A program made the translations under genes and the position numbers. A DNA stretch of 63,553 nt, the filler included, from Licmophora abbreviata (taxonomy: Eukaryota): NCBI GenBank assembly GCA_900291995.1. It is 8 parts of 8 records of this genome, joined end to end, with 100 filler letters (N's around TTAATTAATTAA, not from the genome) between each part and the next. Parts side by side here need not be neighbours in the genome. Positions count along the whole stretch, not along the records: positions 33,524 to 36,271 come from OLMU01000059.1; positions 36,372 to 39,729 come from OLMU01000060.1; positions 39,830 to 40,972 come from OLMU01000061.1; positions 41,073 to 63,553 come from OLMU01000062.1; 4 more parts are not named here. One strand, given 5' to 3'. The notes beneath the pieces are model-generated. The model saw only the letters and a list, made by a program, of their open reading frames with translations. It had not been told where the DNA came from and ran no database searches. Position 1 is the first letter of the stretch. Each line of letters starts with the position of its first letter. Shown piece after piece: positions 35,545-46,324 of the stretch.

Positions 35545-36072
35545 CTACTTTTTCTTCGTGTCTTCGTCATGCAGTCCCCACGACGCAGGAAGCTGTGTTT
35601 CATCTTCCAAACCGACAATGCGATCACGGTACTGGAACAGACTCGTGTCGCCCATTCCAGTCATGCGCTTCACGCCTCTCCAGATCTTGGCACGGTTCCT
35701 TGCAAAGAGACCGTACCCAAAGTCTCGCAAAAATGAGGGAATCAGCAGCAGCACTGGCCCCACGTATTCGTAGGGAAATCCCATGTGACGAAACAAGCGC
35801 AGGACGCTAGTGGAGCTCGTGCATACAACACGGTTCTCTTCCACGAGCACTGCCGTCGACACATCGGAGGGTGCATGAAGCTCGGTACAGACCCGTTGAG
35901 AGAATGTGGATTGCAGCGGACTGAATCGTACATGATCGTTTTGGTCGCGATCTGACACGAACTTGACGCAAAACTTTCACACGCCACATGCACCGTCGTA
36001 TAGAAACAGGGAACGGGGCCGACCTAGTCGGTCCAGGCCCAAATTCTGCAGCGCCCTTGCAGTCCACGACAT
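35545..36072 (-). CDS. DCC1/DUF393 thiol-disulfide oxidoreductase with in-frame TGA (codon 32, 35979-35977); candidate selenoprotein, 175 aa
   Basis: MSWTARALQNLGLDRLGRPRSLFLYDGACGV(TGA)KFCVKFVSDRDQNDHVRFSPLQS...LLLIPSFLRDFGYGLFARNRAKIW. The frame is open on both sides of the TGA. Confidence 0.85.
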
Positions 36073-36664
36073 TAGATCCGACGTAGAACAGCAGACAAAG
36101 GAAGATAATGGTAGGAGAGATCTTTCTTCTTAGCTATTGTTGCTCCGCTCTCACACCTCTCAACTAATGTGTGCTCTGTGCAGTGTGAATACTTGATGGT
36201 AAAAGTGATCTACGTGCCGCAGCATCGTCATCAGCATATCAGCATCACACGCACACACACATGCACACACCNNNNNNNNNNNNNNNNNNNNNNNNNNNNN
36301 NNNNNNNNNNNNNNNTTAATTAATTAANNNNNNNNNNNNNNNNNNNNNNNNNNNNNNNNNNNNNNNNNNNNACAAAATCCATCACCACTCGCCGCAACAC
36401 AGGCTCAGAGGCTCTCTTGCAGTGCCTATTCTAGACTGCCATCGCCGTGTCGCGACGTGCAGTTTCATCCTCGCTACGCTACTCTATTGCAAAAAGTCGT
36501 TTCCCGTTACACTCTCACACGTCTGTTCCGTTGGCGCACCTCTCCTCGCGATCGATCTTTTCACGTGTGCTCGTATGAAACTCACCTCCTGGTCGCGCCA
36601 TTCCTCCACCTTTATCCTGGCGACGGTTCCAACACCCCATACGCGAGCTGCGATATCACCTGCC

Positions 36665-37315
36665 ATGTCTCACAACGAGAATACCAACGACGATTTGCCC
36701 CGCATCGACTCCGTAGAGCCGGTTGCGTCCACCAAGTGGCTCGCCTTGCAGACCCTCCACTGGACCGACCAAGAAGGCGAGTCCCGCAAATGGGATGTAG
36801 CGACACGCACTACCAAACAAGCACACGACAAGGCGGATGCCGTTGCCATTATCCCCTTGCTACGCAACAAAGAGACCGGACAAGTTGATACAGTGTTGGT
36901 GGAGCAGTACCGTCCTCCTGTTCGACAAACGACGGTCGAATTTCCAGCGGGACTGATTGATGAAGGAGAAACGGTGGAGCAAGCTGCACTTCGTGAACTG
37001 CGAGAGGAAACCGGGTATGTGGGAGAAGCGTGCAGGATACCGCCGGTGTCTTCCAGACGAGTTTGCATGAGCCCTGGACTTTGCGACGAAACGATTCATG
37101 TTGTCATTGTGGAAGTCGATATGACCAACCCGTACAATATAAACCCAAAGCCTGAATTGGACCAAGGAGAGCATTGTGTAGTCAAAAGAGTCAACTTGCA
37201 GGAAGGGATGAGGCAGATTCTAGACAAGGGCGCGGGCATGCCGATAATGGGTTTATACTTGTTTGCGTTGGGTTGGGAGCTCGGAGCATCGTCGACCACC
37301 TCTTTAGCAAACTAG
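36665..37315 (+). CDS. ADP-ribose pyrophosphatase (NUDT5-like Nudix hydrolase)
   Basis: VEQYRPPV, EFPAGLIDEGETVEQAALRELREETG (Nudix box), MSPGLCDE. Confidence 0.9.
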   Translation: MSHNENTNDDLPRIDSVEPVASTKWLALQTLHWTDQEGESRKWDVATRTTKQAHDKADAVAIIPLLRNKETGQVDTVLVEQYRPPVRQTTVEFPAGLIDEGETVEQAALRELREETGYVGEACRIPPVSSRRVCMSPGLCDETIHVVIVEVDMTNPYNINPKPELDQGEHCVVKRVNLQEGMRQILDKGAGMPIMGLYLFALGWELGASSTTSLAN

Positions 37316-37708
37316 ATGCCTTCCCAGAGGTAGTACCAAGAGGTAGGAAGACACTGATCTCGGAGAATCTTGTCGCTTTTATAACACAATGAAAATGCAA
37401 CTCTCCTAACCATTCGCATGCCGTAGTAGTGTCGAAGCGCGACGATTCGAATTCAATCGACTAGACTCTCACTCAACTTTTCTCGCTCGATTATGATGAC
37501 GAGAGCGCGCGATGAAGCCGATGTGATGCGTCGCGGAAACAGCCATGATGGATGATGATGCTGCTATCACATGGAAAAGGTTTAGCGATGTGTCGCATTG
37601 AATTGCATGTCGCTGGGTAGAAGAGCCGGGACGACGTTTACTGCGGAGTTCTGATCTACCTTTCGGCTTTGCTCTTTTGAATTCTTCGCACCACGCCCTC
37701 TCACACGC

Positions 37709-38785
37709 ATGTCCGATTGGCGCACCTCGTATCTTGGGAGGAGTCTCGTGGTGGCGGTGCTGCTGGTGATGGTACACGCCAAGACTGGATCGTCCTCGGC
37801 ATCTGCTACTATTCCGGTTAGTGCTGCAACGCAAATCAGGGAAAATTCGTTGGTTGCAGAGACGCTCATACAAGGCGAGCCGGCCTTTTCTCTGGGAAGC
37901 ACCGAGATGATAGTTCGATTCTTCTTCGTCCGCCATGGGCAGACCGAAGCCAATGATAATTTGATTGTCGTCGGACAAGGGGATTCAGTGAGTAGACTCG
38001 TACCTGCCAAAATGAATCGCCATGCGGAATACAAGCAACACTTTCCATCTCACCTTCTACCCATTCAGCCTCTTACTGCCTTAGGCATCCAACAGGCGGA
38101 AGCTTTGGGACGGACAGATCTCATTCGCGAGGAACGATTCTGGCGTCGATATAGCTCCGACCTAGGTCGAGCTGAAAGAACAACGCGTCTAATTCTGGGC
38201 AGACATCAGAAAGATTTGGAAACCATCGACTCGCTGGGTGTCAGGTTGGACCCGCGGCTGCGAGAAGTGGCCAAGGGTGCACGAGAAGGCTTATCAAAAC
38301 GAATGTCGTACCAGGAAGCCAAACTTGTTTTCCGACAGAAACATAGTGAGGATGAACCATTACCGCTTCAAGAGACTGAAGAGGTTGTATGGGAACGATT
38401 CCAAGATTGGTTGATGAATGTGGTCGGCGACGCCGTTCGAGAGCAACGACGAGACCCCGACCGGGACGGGCCCACGGTTTTTTCAGTGTTTGTCGTTTCG
38501 CATGCAGGTACCCTACGAACTGCTCTCAAGTACTTGGTACCGGAACAACTTCCGGCATCGGTCGACTTGACGCCGCAAGGAGCCGACGGGTCCACATCAA
38601 GACACTTGAACGTGCCTAACACGTCAGTCACAATTGTGGACCTTTCTCCGCGTGAAGTTACGAGCGAGATATGGGACGGGGAGCGACATGCTCAGCGCGC
38701 TTCAGCTAGCAATCTATCGGAATTGTGGCATGCCAAGTTGCAGCAGCTAACGTGGACCGATCATTATCAGCAAATGCAAGAATAG
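37709..38785 (+). CDS. histidine phosphatase (PGAM/TIGAR-like) with signal peptide; in-frame intron 37988-38068
   Basis: FVRHGQTEAN, GQGDS|PLTALG, SSDLGRA, RLREV, VVSHAG, PNTSVT. Confidence 0.88.
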   Translation: MSDWRTSYLGRSLVVAVLLVMVHAKTGSSSASATIPVSAATQIRENSLVAETLIQGEPAFSLGSTEMIVRFFFVRHGQTEANDNLIVVGQGDSVSRLVPAKMNRHAEYKQHFPSHLLPIQPLTALGIQQAEALGRTDLIREERFWRRYSSDLGRAERTTRLILGRHQKDLETIDSLGVRLDPRLREVAKGAREGLSKRMSYQEAKLVFRQKHSEDEPLPLQETEEVVWERFQDWLMNVVGDAVREQRRDPDRDGPTVFSVFVVSHAGTLRTALKYLVPEQLPASVDLTPQGADGSTSRHLNVPNTSVTIVDLSPREVTSEIWDGERHAQRASASNLSELWHAKLQQLTWTDHYQQMQE

Positions 38786-38839
38786 GCTCTAAACGTAATG
38801 GCACCAATTCTGTCCAAACTACCCTTGCGTGATCGCTAT

Positions 38840-39636
38840 CTACTCGCTCACTGGAGCCGCCGAGACAATTTTCTGGACACGATCTAGACTTCCTTCGCTG
38901 AGCGAGTGGTTCGAGTTCAGCAGCTTGCAATCATCGGTCGTATAGGGCGGATCAACTTGAATCTGATTCAAGACCAGTATCGACTCTCCCTTCCACACGA
39001 CCTCACCACACGCCTTGAGCAGTCGATCAAAAACGGCTTGACCCTCCGGAGTGGCCTGCGAGTGCGAATTGATTGAATGTGTGAGTAGGACGACTAGGAA
39101 GACAGAAGGTAGAGTAGAGGTGCATCGCATCAGTAGATTGCTAGTCGTCGCCAAGATGTTCGTACCTTCTCGTTAATGTGTCGAAACCTCTCTTCCGCCA
39201 AACGAAAGGCCCGCTTCTCACGGTCTTCCAAGACTTTCTTGTTGATATGGGGAAGCGGCACGGCCAATTCTTCTGCGACTTCCCCTTCTTGTTTGCTCTC
39301 GTCGGTGGGTTTTTCGGGGGCAAGGTCATGGATAACCTTTTTGTGCTCGATGCAGCTCGCATTGAGTAACCTAATTTCACTGGACAGCGTTGTGTGAACT
39401 AAAGACTTCTTCAAAACAACTGTATTGCTGAGTTCATCCGTACAATAAACCAATCCTCGGAGGGTCTCACCGCCGCTCACGGTGAGCTCGAGTACCGAAT
39501 TCACGGGATACTGCACATACAGAGGATCGTCAGCTGCTGGAGTTTCTGCTTTGTTCTGATTATTTTCCGGACCACCGCTGCCCTTATCCATGTTCGAAGC
39601 AGGTCCAGAGCTACTGGGTCCTTTGAAATTACTCAT
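38840..39636 (-). CDS. LSM12: LSM12-like protein (Lsm fold + anticodon-binding domain); intron 39165-39056
   Basis: LRGLVYCTD...; INEK|ATPEGQAVFDRLLK...VVWKGESILVLNQIQVDPPY. Confidence 0.8.
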
Positions 39637-39973
39637 GATCACCCCGAAACTGCAATGTACACATGGCCGCCATGGACAAAACAGACGCGACTGTGATCAG
39701 TGTTGAGGACGAAAAAGTTCATCCGACTCNNNNNNNNNNNNNNNNNNNNNNNNNNNNNNNNNNNNNNNNNNNNTTAATTAATTAANNNNNNNNNNNNNNN
39801 NNNNNNNNNNNNNNNNNNNNNNNNNNNNNGGATCCCACTGACACACAAAAGCGGCGCCTACATGAGACATACATGTGGCGGACCGTGTATTCGCTGCAGG
39901 TTCAAGTTGTGACTCTAAGTCTCTCTGTTTGATTTCCATCGTGGCTCCAAAGGCTTGAACTTACGTCGAAACT

Positions 39974-42398
39974 ATGTCGGAAGAGAACGGGAACATCGTG
40001 GAAATTTCCGAGTCGACAGAAGTATCGAAACATACATCAACTGAACCGGTGGCGATGGATAAGACTGAGTCCAGGGAAGAATCAACAATAGAGAGTGGAA
40101 TCCAGACGCCAGATGATACCAGTAAGGCGCCTACAACCGTGGTGAATGAGGCTGTCGCTGTTGCATCCGGCACGGCGGATCGAGCGTGGGATACGACGGA
40201 TCGCAAGGTGATGGTACACAATGTCTTGAAGTTTCTCCGCCCCAATGATGTCAAGCGCATGCTCGACGAGTGGTTAAGGAACACTCCTATACGCGTCACA
40301 AAACACAGAAAGCCACCAAAGTCAAATTGGATCCAGTTAACGTTGGAAACTACCGACATGGTAGAACCATTTCTCCAGCACATGGAACAGCATCGGTTTA
40401 CGAATCGCAAGGGTGGGGTGCTAACTGTCAAGAGGGCGGATTCGCGAGCGGAAATCAGTGATCGAAAATCGGACAAAAAAAGAGAAAGTAATGACGAGGA
40501 TGAGGAAGCGATCAAGAGACGCAAGCGTGAGCTATCCTTGCCCAAGAGTGATGAGCAAGTACGTGACACGATAACCCCATTGTGGCGGCTCACCTACGCC
40601 AAGCAGCTCGAGCAGAAACAGCGCGAAATGATTCACAATTGCGCCAAGAAGATAATCAAGGAGATCAAGGCCAAGTTTCGGTACGTGTTGGAGATTTCAA
40701 GGCGTGATGACATGCGGAGATGCTTACTGTGGCACACTGACCCTCCATTCACCCTTTCGCTGTTTGCTACAGAATGCTCGAAAAGGAAGCGCGGCACAAC
40801 AAAAATCGAAAGGTGGTTCCTGTATATGACTGGATCAGTGAACGGAGAGCGATTGATATAAAGACAATCCTACCATCCCCGAAAAAGACAGAGTATCGCA
40901 ACAAGTGTGAGTTCAATTTCGGCTATCTCCATGAGATCGACGAAAGGAAGACGCCTGATCCAGCCAGCAATGNNNNNNNNNNNNNNNNNNNNNNNNNNNN
41001 NNNNNNNNNNNNNNNNTTAATTAATTAANNNNNNNNNNNNNNNNNNNNNNNNNNNNNNNNNNNNNNNNNNNNCATGAGATCGACGAAAGGAAGACGCCTG
41101 ATCCAGCCAGCAATGTCGACGTCGACGAGAAAATAAGCATCACGAAAACACCCGCTGTAGGATCCATGGCTGCGGGGTGGTCAGGCGGTGTCTCTCGGCC
41201 TCACTGCTGCCAGAATGTGCCTCCAGAAGCATGTGCCATCGTCGATATTGTCAATCAATTTCTTGCCACTAGCCCTCTGCCGCCCTACAATTCTTTGGAG
41301 CACCGCGGTATATGGAGAACGCTAATGATGCGCATGTCAGACCGAACCAAAGAGTGCATGCTTGTTTTCGTACATGCTCCAGCAACTGGTGCAATCGGTG
41401 CCAAAGACGACACCGACGACCACTCTGCCGTTTTCGAGACGGAAAAGAGCCGCCTCGTCTCGTTACTGACATCGCAGGAACTTTCTGCCGTGGAGAGGAA
41501 CTATCCGCTTTTCAGCAGCGAGCAGGACGGAGACACGAATGAGAAAATAGAGACTACTTTGGTCTCGCAAACATGCTCGCTGCGTGTGACGTCCATCTTC
41601 TTTCAAGAATTCGACGGGATCTCCATGCCCGGGCCCGAGCATCCCGTTCAGGTAAGACATGACCTTGTCCCCCGCTTGCGTACATCTCATTGGTTCTCTC
41701 TAACAATCTTCTTTCTTTGTGATCCGTAGCATGTCTACGGAAAAGAGACGATGCAAGAGCAGCTTGGAACATGCACTTTTCAGATTTCTCCGGGGGCTTT
41801 CTTTCAAGTGAATACAGAGGGCGCCGAGGTTCTTTACGATGAGGTGGTGAAGCGCGTCAAAGAAGTCAGCCCAAATCCCAAGGACACTCTCCTGTTTGAC
41901 ATTTGTTGTGGTACCGGCACAATCGGGTTGACATGCATGAAAGAGGGCGTCGTTGGACGTGTCGTAGGAGTCGACATCAGCGAGCCAGCTATTGAAGACG
42001 CCAAGGTCAACGCTGATCTGAATGGTTTCGGAAAGGAGGGAGACGGGTCAGTGAAGCTATCGCGGTTTATCACCTCAAGAGCAGAACTAGTGCTTGCTGA
42101 GGAGATATCGAAAGTCAAGGACTCGTCGCCATCAATTGTGGCGGTCGTCGACCCTGCCAGAGAAGGTCTTCACCCAGACGTTATTCGAAGCCTTCGCATG
42201 AACGAAGAGATTCAACGAATAGTGTACGTGAGCTGCAACCCAACTGGATCGCTGGTCCGCGATGCGGGCATGCTATGCGCACCACCGACCAAAAAGTACA
42301 CGGGGGTGGCCTTCCGACCAACGGCAGCACAGCCCGTTGACATGTTTCCGCTCACACCCCACTGTGAGCTTGTGATGACGTTTGACCGCATGAACTGA
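39974..42398 (+). CDS. TRM2: tRNA (uracil-5)-methyltransferase TRM2/TRMT2A; introns 40681-40772, 41652-41729; crosses a gap with overlapping flanks
   Basis: EYRNKCEFNFG, FQISPGAFFQVN, DICCGTGTIG, VDPAREGL, YVSCNP, VDMFPLTPHCELV. Confidence 0.92.
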
Positions 42399-42541
42399 GT
42401 CCTTGATATGAACACAACAGCGATGCCAGAAGTACGGAAGGGGTTCAATTCTCCTGATACAAAATTATCTTCTCTAAAATCTAAACATACAACATGAATG
42501 AAACGGCTTTGTGACAATGGCAAAATCCTCTGTGCTCGTAT

Positions 42542-44022
42542 CTACACGCCAGACCTGACGCCATCATGATACAGTTTCTCGACCATATATCTTCCAAGAT
42601 TTACATTCAGAGCGTTCCAGATGACACCCCAAACGATCGGGAGATGAAGATGATTGGCAAGAGACGGATGTGACAGAGCCGTGAACACTCCATCAATGTG
42701 TCGCTCTCCAGTGTCTGAATCTTCTTGCCACAAACTAGAACCAACGGCGAAAGGACTGAACAGATGAATAGCACACAATTTTGTGAGCGCGATCGAATTG
42801 ATAGGAAAGACCCAGTCAAAGAGGAGAGGCGGCTCACTTACATCCATGTCGTCTGCAGCAACATTTCTCGTAGCTTATGTATGCTCGGCGGTGTCCGAAC
42901 GCAAGGCTGAAAGCCGAACAACCCCTTCCGTACTGTTGTGATGATGTTCAGTCGAGAAAGTCGGTGATCGACCTCCATCGGTCGATCGTCTCGATCCCAT
43001 TGAAGCAGGTTGTCCACGAAAGATCCAACCACAGCATGCCTGTGAATCTCTCCTCGTTTCCATTGTCCTTGCACTGAAAATGCCATGTCTGCCATTTCAT
43101 CCAAAGTAAAGTTACTCAATGACGCTACAACGCCCAGACAACCTGCCGAGTAGCAGTAGTACGTCTTGGAAGCAGGGTAACGGATGCTGCGGAGTCGACC
43201 CAATGTGAACCAAAAGCCTGAGAACCCCGCACCAGGGACAAAAATGGCATGCGGATCGATATCCCTCCATATACTGGGATCGCTCCAACTCAGAAATGCG
43301 CCGAGGATGACAAGAAACGCCAGAAGCACGACGTAGAACAGATGTCTCGTTTTGCTTATGCTCGGCGGATCTTGCCCTTTGGATTCCACTATTTCCGTGG
43401 CCATTCTAGGCTCCGAGCTAACTCGTACAATCTCGGGAGCTGCTTCAAGTGTGCATGCCTCGTTGGCGTCTGCGACCTCAATAGAAGAGACTGAGCTAGT
43501 CGACGAGAAAGATGCCGGCGAAGCGAGCAGATCGTCCAAAAGCTTGTTCATTTCAAGCTCAGAAACAAGGCTGATGATCGAAGAGCGTGGTGTGACAAGT
43601 CTCGCACGCTCAACTGGCTCGATGTTTTTCAAGCCTGTCTTTCTCAAGTCTGCGTCCTGTGAAATAGTGTTCGTGCAAGTGTTTTGAGCGGGCGCAGGTT
43701 TGGCCGGAAAACACTCTCCGCCGTCGGCGGTCACCACAACATCGACTTCCATCGGACAAGGACGATCGCAAAATTGATCATCATGTGGCAGTGTCGTTCC
43801 TCCCACCGCATCTGTACCGGCACCGTCGCAAGCGCTGACTCTTCGAGATTTCTTTGTGTTTCGATCATGGCCATCACGGAGCGATTCCGTCAAGAGACTC
43901 TTCTCTTCTCGCCTCCGCTTCCTCGTCATTCTGGTCAAGATGCGCGTCTCTCTATGCTGCATGAGAAGTACAGGAGATCCGCCGCACGACCAGCACTCCT
44001 TGTTCATTCCGTTCTTTGGCAT
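42542..44022 (-). CDS. patatin-like phospholipase-domain membrane protein; intron 42841-42756; start uncertain
   Basis: TM segment, then IFVPGAGFSGFWFTLG, CYSAG, QTTWI|PF, IDGVF. Confidence 0.65.
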
Positions 44023-44706
44023 TCATGGCTGGAACAATCCATCACTCGTTGTCGATCGTGTCAGCCACACTCAGCGCGCCGTCTTGGTCGTCGCCCTTTC
44101 TGTGTCGGCATCTCCCGTCATCCCGATTCTGTCTGACGTATGTGCACAATGATATTTTCATTTATGGTACGACACTGAATGACGTCGCTTCTGATGCGCA
44201 CCGCCAACCCATCCATTTTCTTGAAGTGGTTGATACTCCGACCTGCCTGCCACCTCATCAGAAGCACAGCCACACACACTCTATCGAAACTGCAAGTTCT
44301 GTTCAACCTTCGGAAAACGCCGAGATAAGAATGTACAGTCTAGTCCCATCCGGGCAGGCACCTAATGAGAACTGAGCTGTGAGCTAATGGTGATCTAGTC
44401 TACCGTGAGTTTGGAAGGTTAATCGATAAAGCGGTGCCTTCTTGAAGAAGTCGTAGTTCTGTCCAGTGGGTAGCCCTACTTTCTCCATGTAGCAAAACTT
44501 CATACTCGACACTTGCCTCCGCGCTCTTATCTAGCTACTGCAGTAACCCTAGACGTATACGTATTGTATGATATGATGCGATTAGTTTCGTTTGTACGTC
44601 TAATGATTCTATGGCACCGGTGCATGATATGTGGTATGCGATTGAGTTTGGAAAAAGTGGCTGTAATTCAGCCGGGCGCGAATAGTATGTAGCAGGGGAG
44701 GGCCGG

Positions 44707-45690
44707 CTATGCAACCCGCGGTGCTCTTGAGCTCGAAACAGGCGAAGTGAGCGACATGCATCGGCGCCAGCTCCCCTTGCTGTCCATGCTACCTGCTCTG
44801 GAACGGTTTCCAAAGCGGCTTGCCCAGCTCGAGCCGGAACCGGAGGAGGAGACGGAGAGGCTGTCGTCCGTCGACTTGGAGGCTTGCAACATGCCACACT
44901 TGCTGTTATTGCTTTCGGGCAGGATCAAGTTTGTGGAGAACATACGTCGGATATGTTCGCGTGCCGCTGTGACCTCTGGAGAACGGTAGTGAAGGTTCAC
45001 CTTCTCGGACAAGGTGCGAAGGAACTTTTCTCTAATTCCAGCCGACAGTCTTGAATAGCTGAGTTCATCCATGACGTTCAGGATAGACGCGAAGGCGACA
45101 GTAGAGTTCTTGTGTTCGACAAAGAACGAGTCGCAGACGGTCAGTTCCGACAAATACCTTGAAAGTTCAGAGAGTTCTTTCCTCACAGACGGGTTGGCCT
45201 CTTGAGGAAGGAAAAGCAAAAGGTGCGAGATCAGCGAGTACGAGGTTGGCGGATTGACCTGCCAACCAAGGGCCGACAGAATGATCCACTCCATTTCTTC
45301 AATGTGAGCAGGCTCGAACTGTCCGCGACTCAGATTCGCCAAAGTGCAGATCTTGATCTTCTTGGTTTCGTGCATCTTGATGGCCAAATGCAACGTAGTT
45401 AGTGAGGTGAGGAGTGCCAAATTCCCACCGCACTTGTTGCCCCTTGTGGCGAAGAAGCGATCAAATAGATCGAGGCTGATTCCCACGACCTCACGCGATA
45501 GATCAAAGTGATCTACCACATTGTAAGACCAATGGCAAATCTTTTCGCGCCAAGTGATGTTGAGCCGCGCTTCATCGGTGTTGCTCAATTTTGGAAGGTA
45601 GGCATGGTAGCTGTAGATGGTATCTTCTTGCTTTCTCATCGCCATGACGCGTTCGACCAAAGCATCTGTAGAAAGCTTTGCTCCGATCAT
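44707..45690 (-). CDS. cyclin, diatom-specific (dsCYC) type
   Basis: WREKICHWSYNVVDHFDLSREVVGISLDLFDRF, LHLAIK, EEMEWIILSALGWQVNPPT. Confidence 0.9.
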   Translation of the reverse strand: MIGAKLSTDALVERVMAMRKQEDTIYSYHAYLPKLSNTDEARLNITWREKICHWSYNVVDHFDLSREVVGISLDLFDRFFATRGNKCGGNLALLTSLTTLHLAIKMHETKKIKICTLANLSRGQFEPAHIEEMEWIILSALGWQVNPPTSYSLISHLLLFLPQEANPSVRKELSELSRYLSELTVCDSFFVEHKNSTVAFASILNVMDELSYSRLSAGIREKFLRTLSEKVNLHYRSPEVTAAREHIRRMFSTNLILPESNNSKCGMLQASKSTDDSLSVSSSGSGSSWASRFGNRSRAGSMDSKGSWRRCMSLTSPVSSSRAPRVA

Positions 45691-46324
45691 GTTTCAGTTA
45701 GAAATTGGTTCTATTGATGAAAGCTTTGGCGACAGTTGCGCTGCAGTGACGATGCTCGAGGTATGGCTGTTGTAAAGTCAAACTTTGGTGCGTCGGAAAA
45801 TGCGGAAGATTTCCTCCTTTTGCGAGTGGCGAGCGAGAAGATCCGACGTCGATCGGTGGACTTTCTTTCATTGGCTGAAGTTATGAAGTCGATAATAAGT
45901 AAATCAAAACACGTCACACCGTGTCAGTGACAGACCACAAGAGGCCCAAGGACACAATATGGACAAAAAAGAGTGAAAAAAGTCATTCTCTGAATATCCA
46001 ATCTACGCCAATTTTGTGAAGGCGATCCCGTATGGAAGTCATAACAAATTTTGGCTCGCGCCGGATGGATTTTGACAGCGTGGCTTTTCGCTCCCAAGTT
46101 GAAAGTCTCCTGCACCAAGCTCGTGTGCGCTCGTTTGTATGTGCTGAGCCTGTCAATGGACCTCAGAGGCACGAAGGGACTGATTTGAAGGGACTGACAT
46201 CGGTTGACATACTGTCAAAAATAGGGAGGGACTGGAGAAGCTCGCCTCTGAATCAAAGCACCTGAACTTTCGTTGGCACGACCCCTCATTTACTCGTGAT
46301 TGTAGCAACAAAGACACCATCAGC

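Noticed and set aside
33614..36270. Microsatellites: (CT)n near 33614, (GCA)n near 34031, (CA)n-like near 36245
   Set aside because: Ordinary simple repeats; no CRISPR-like or transposon structure.
40930..41115. About 43-bp direct repeat within TRM2
   Set aside because: Same gap-flank overlap artefact.
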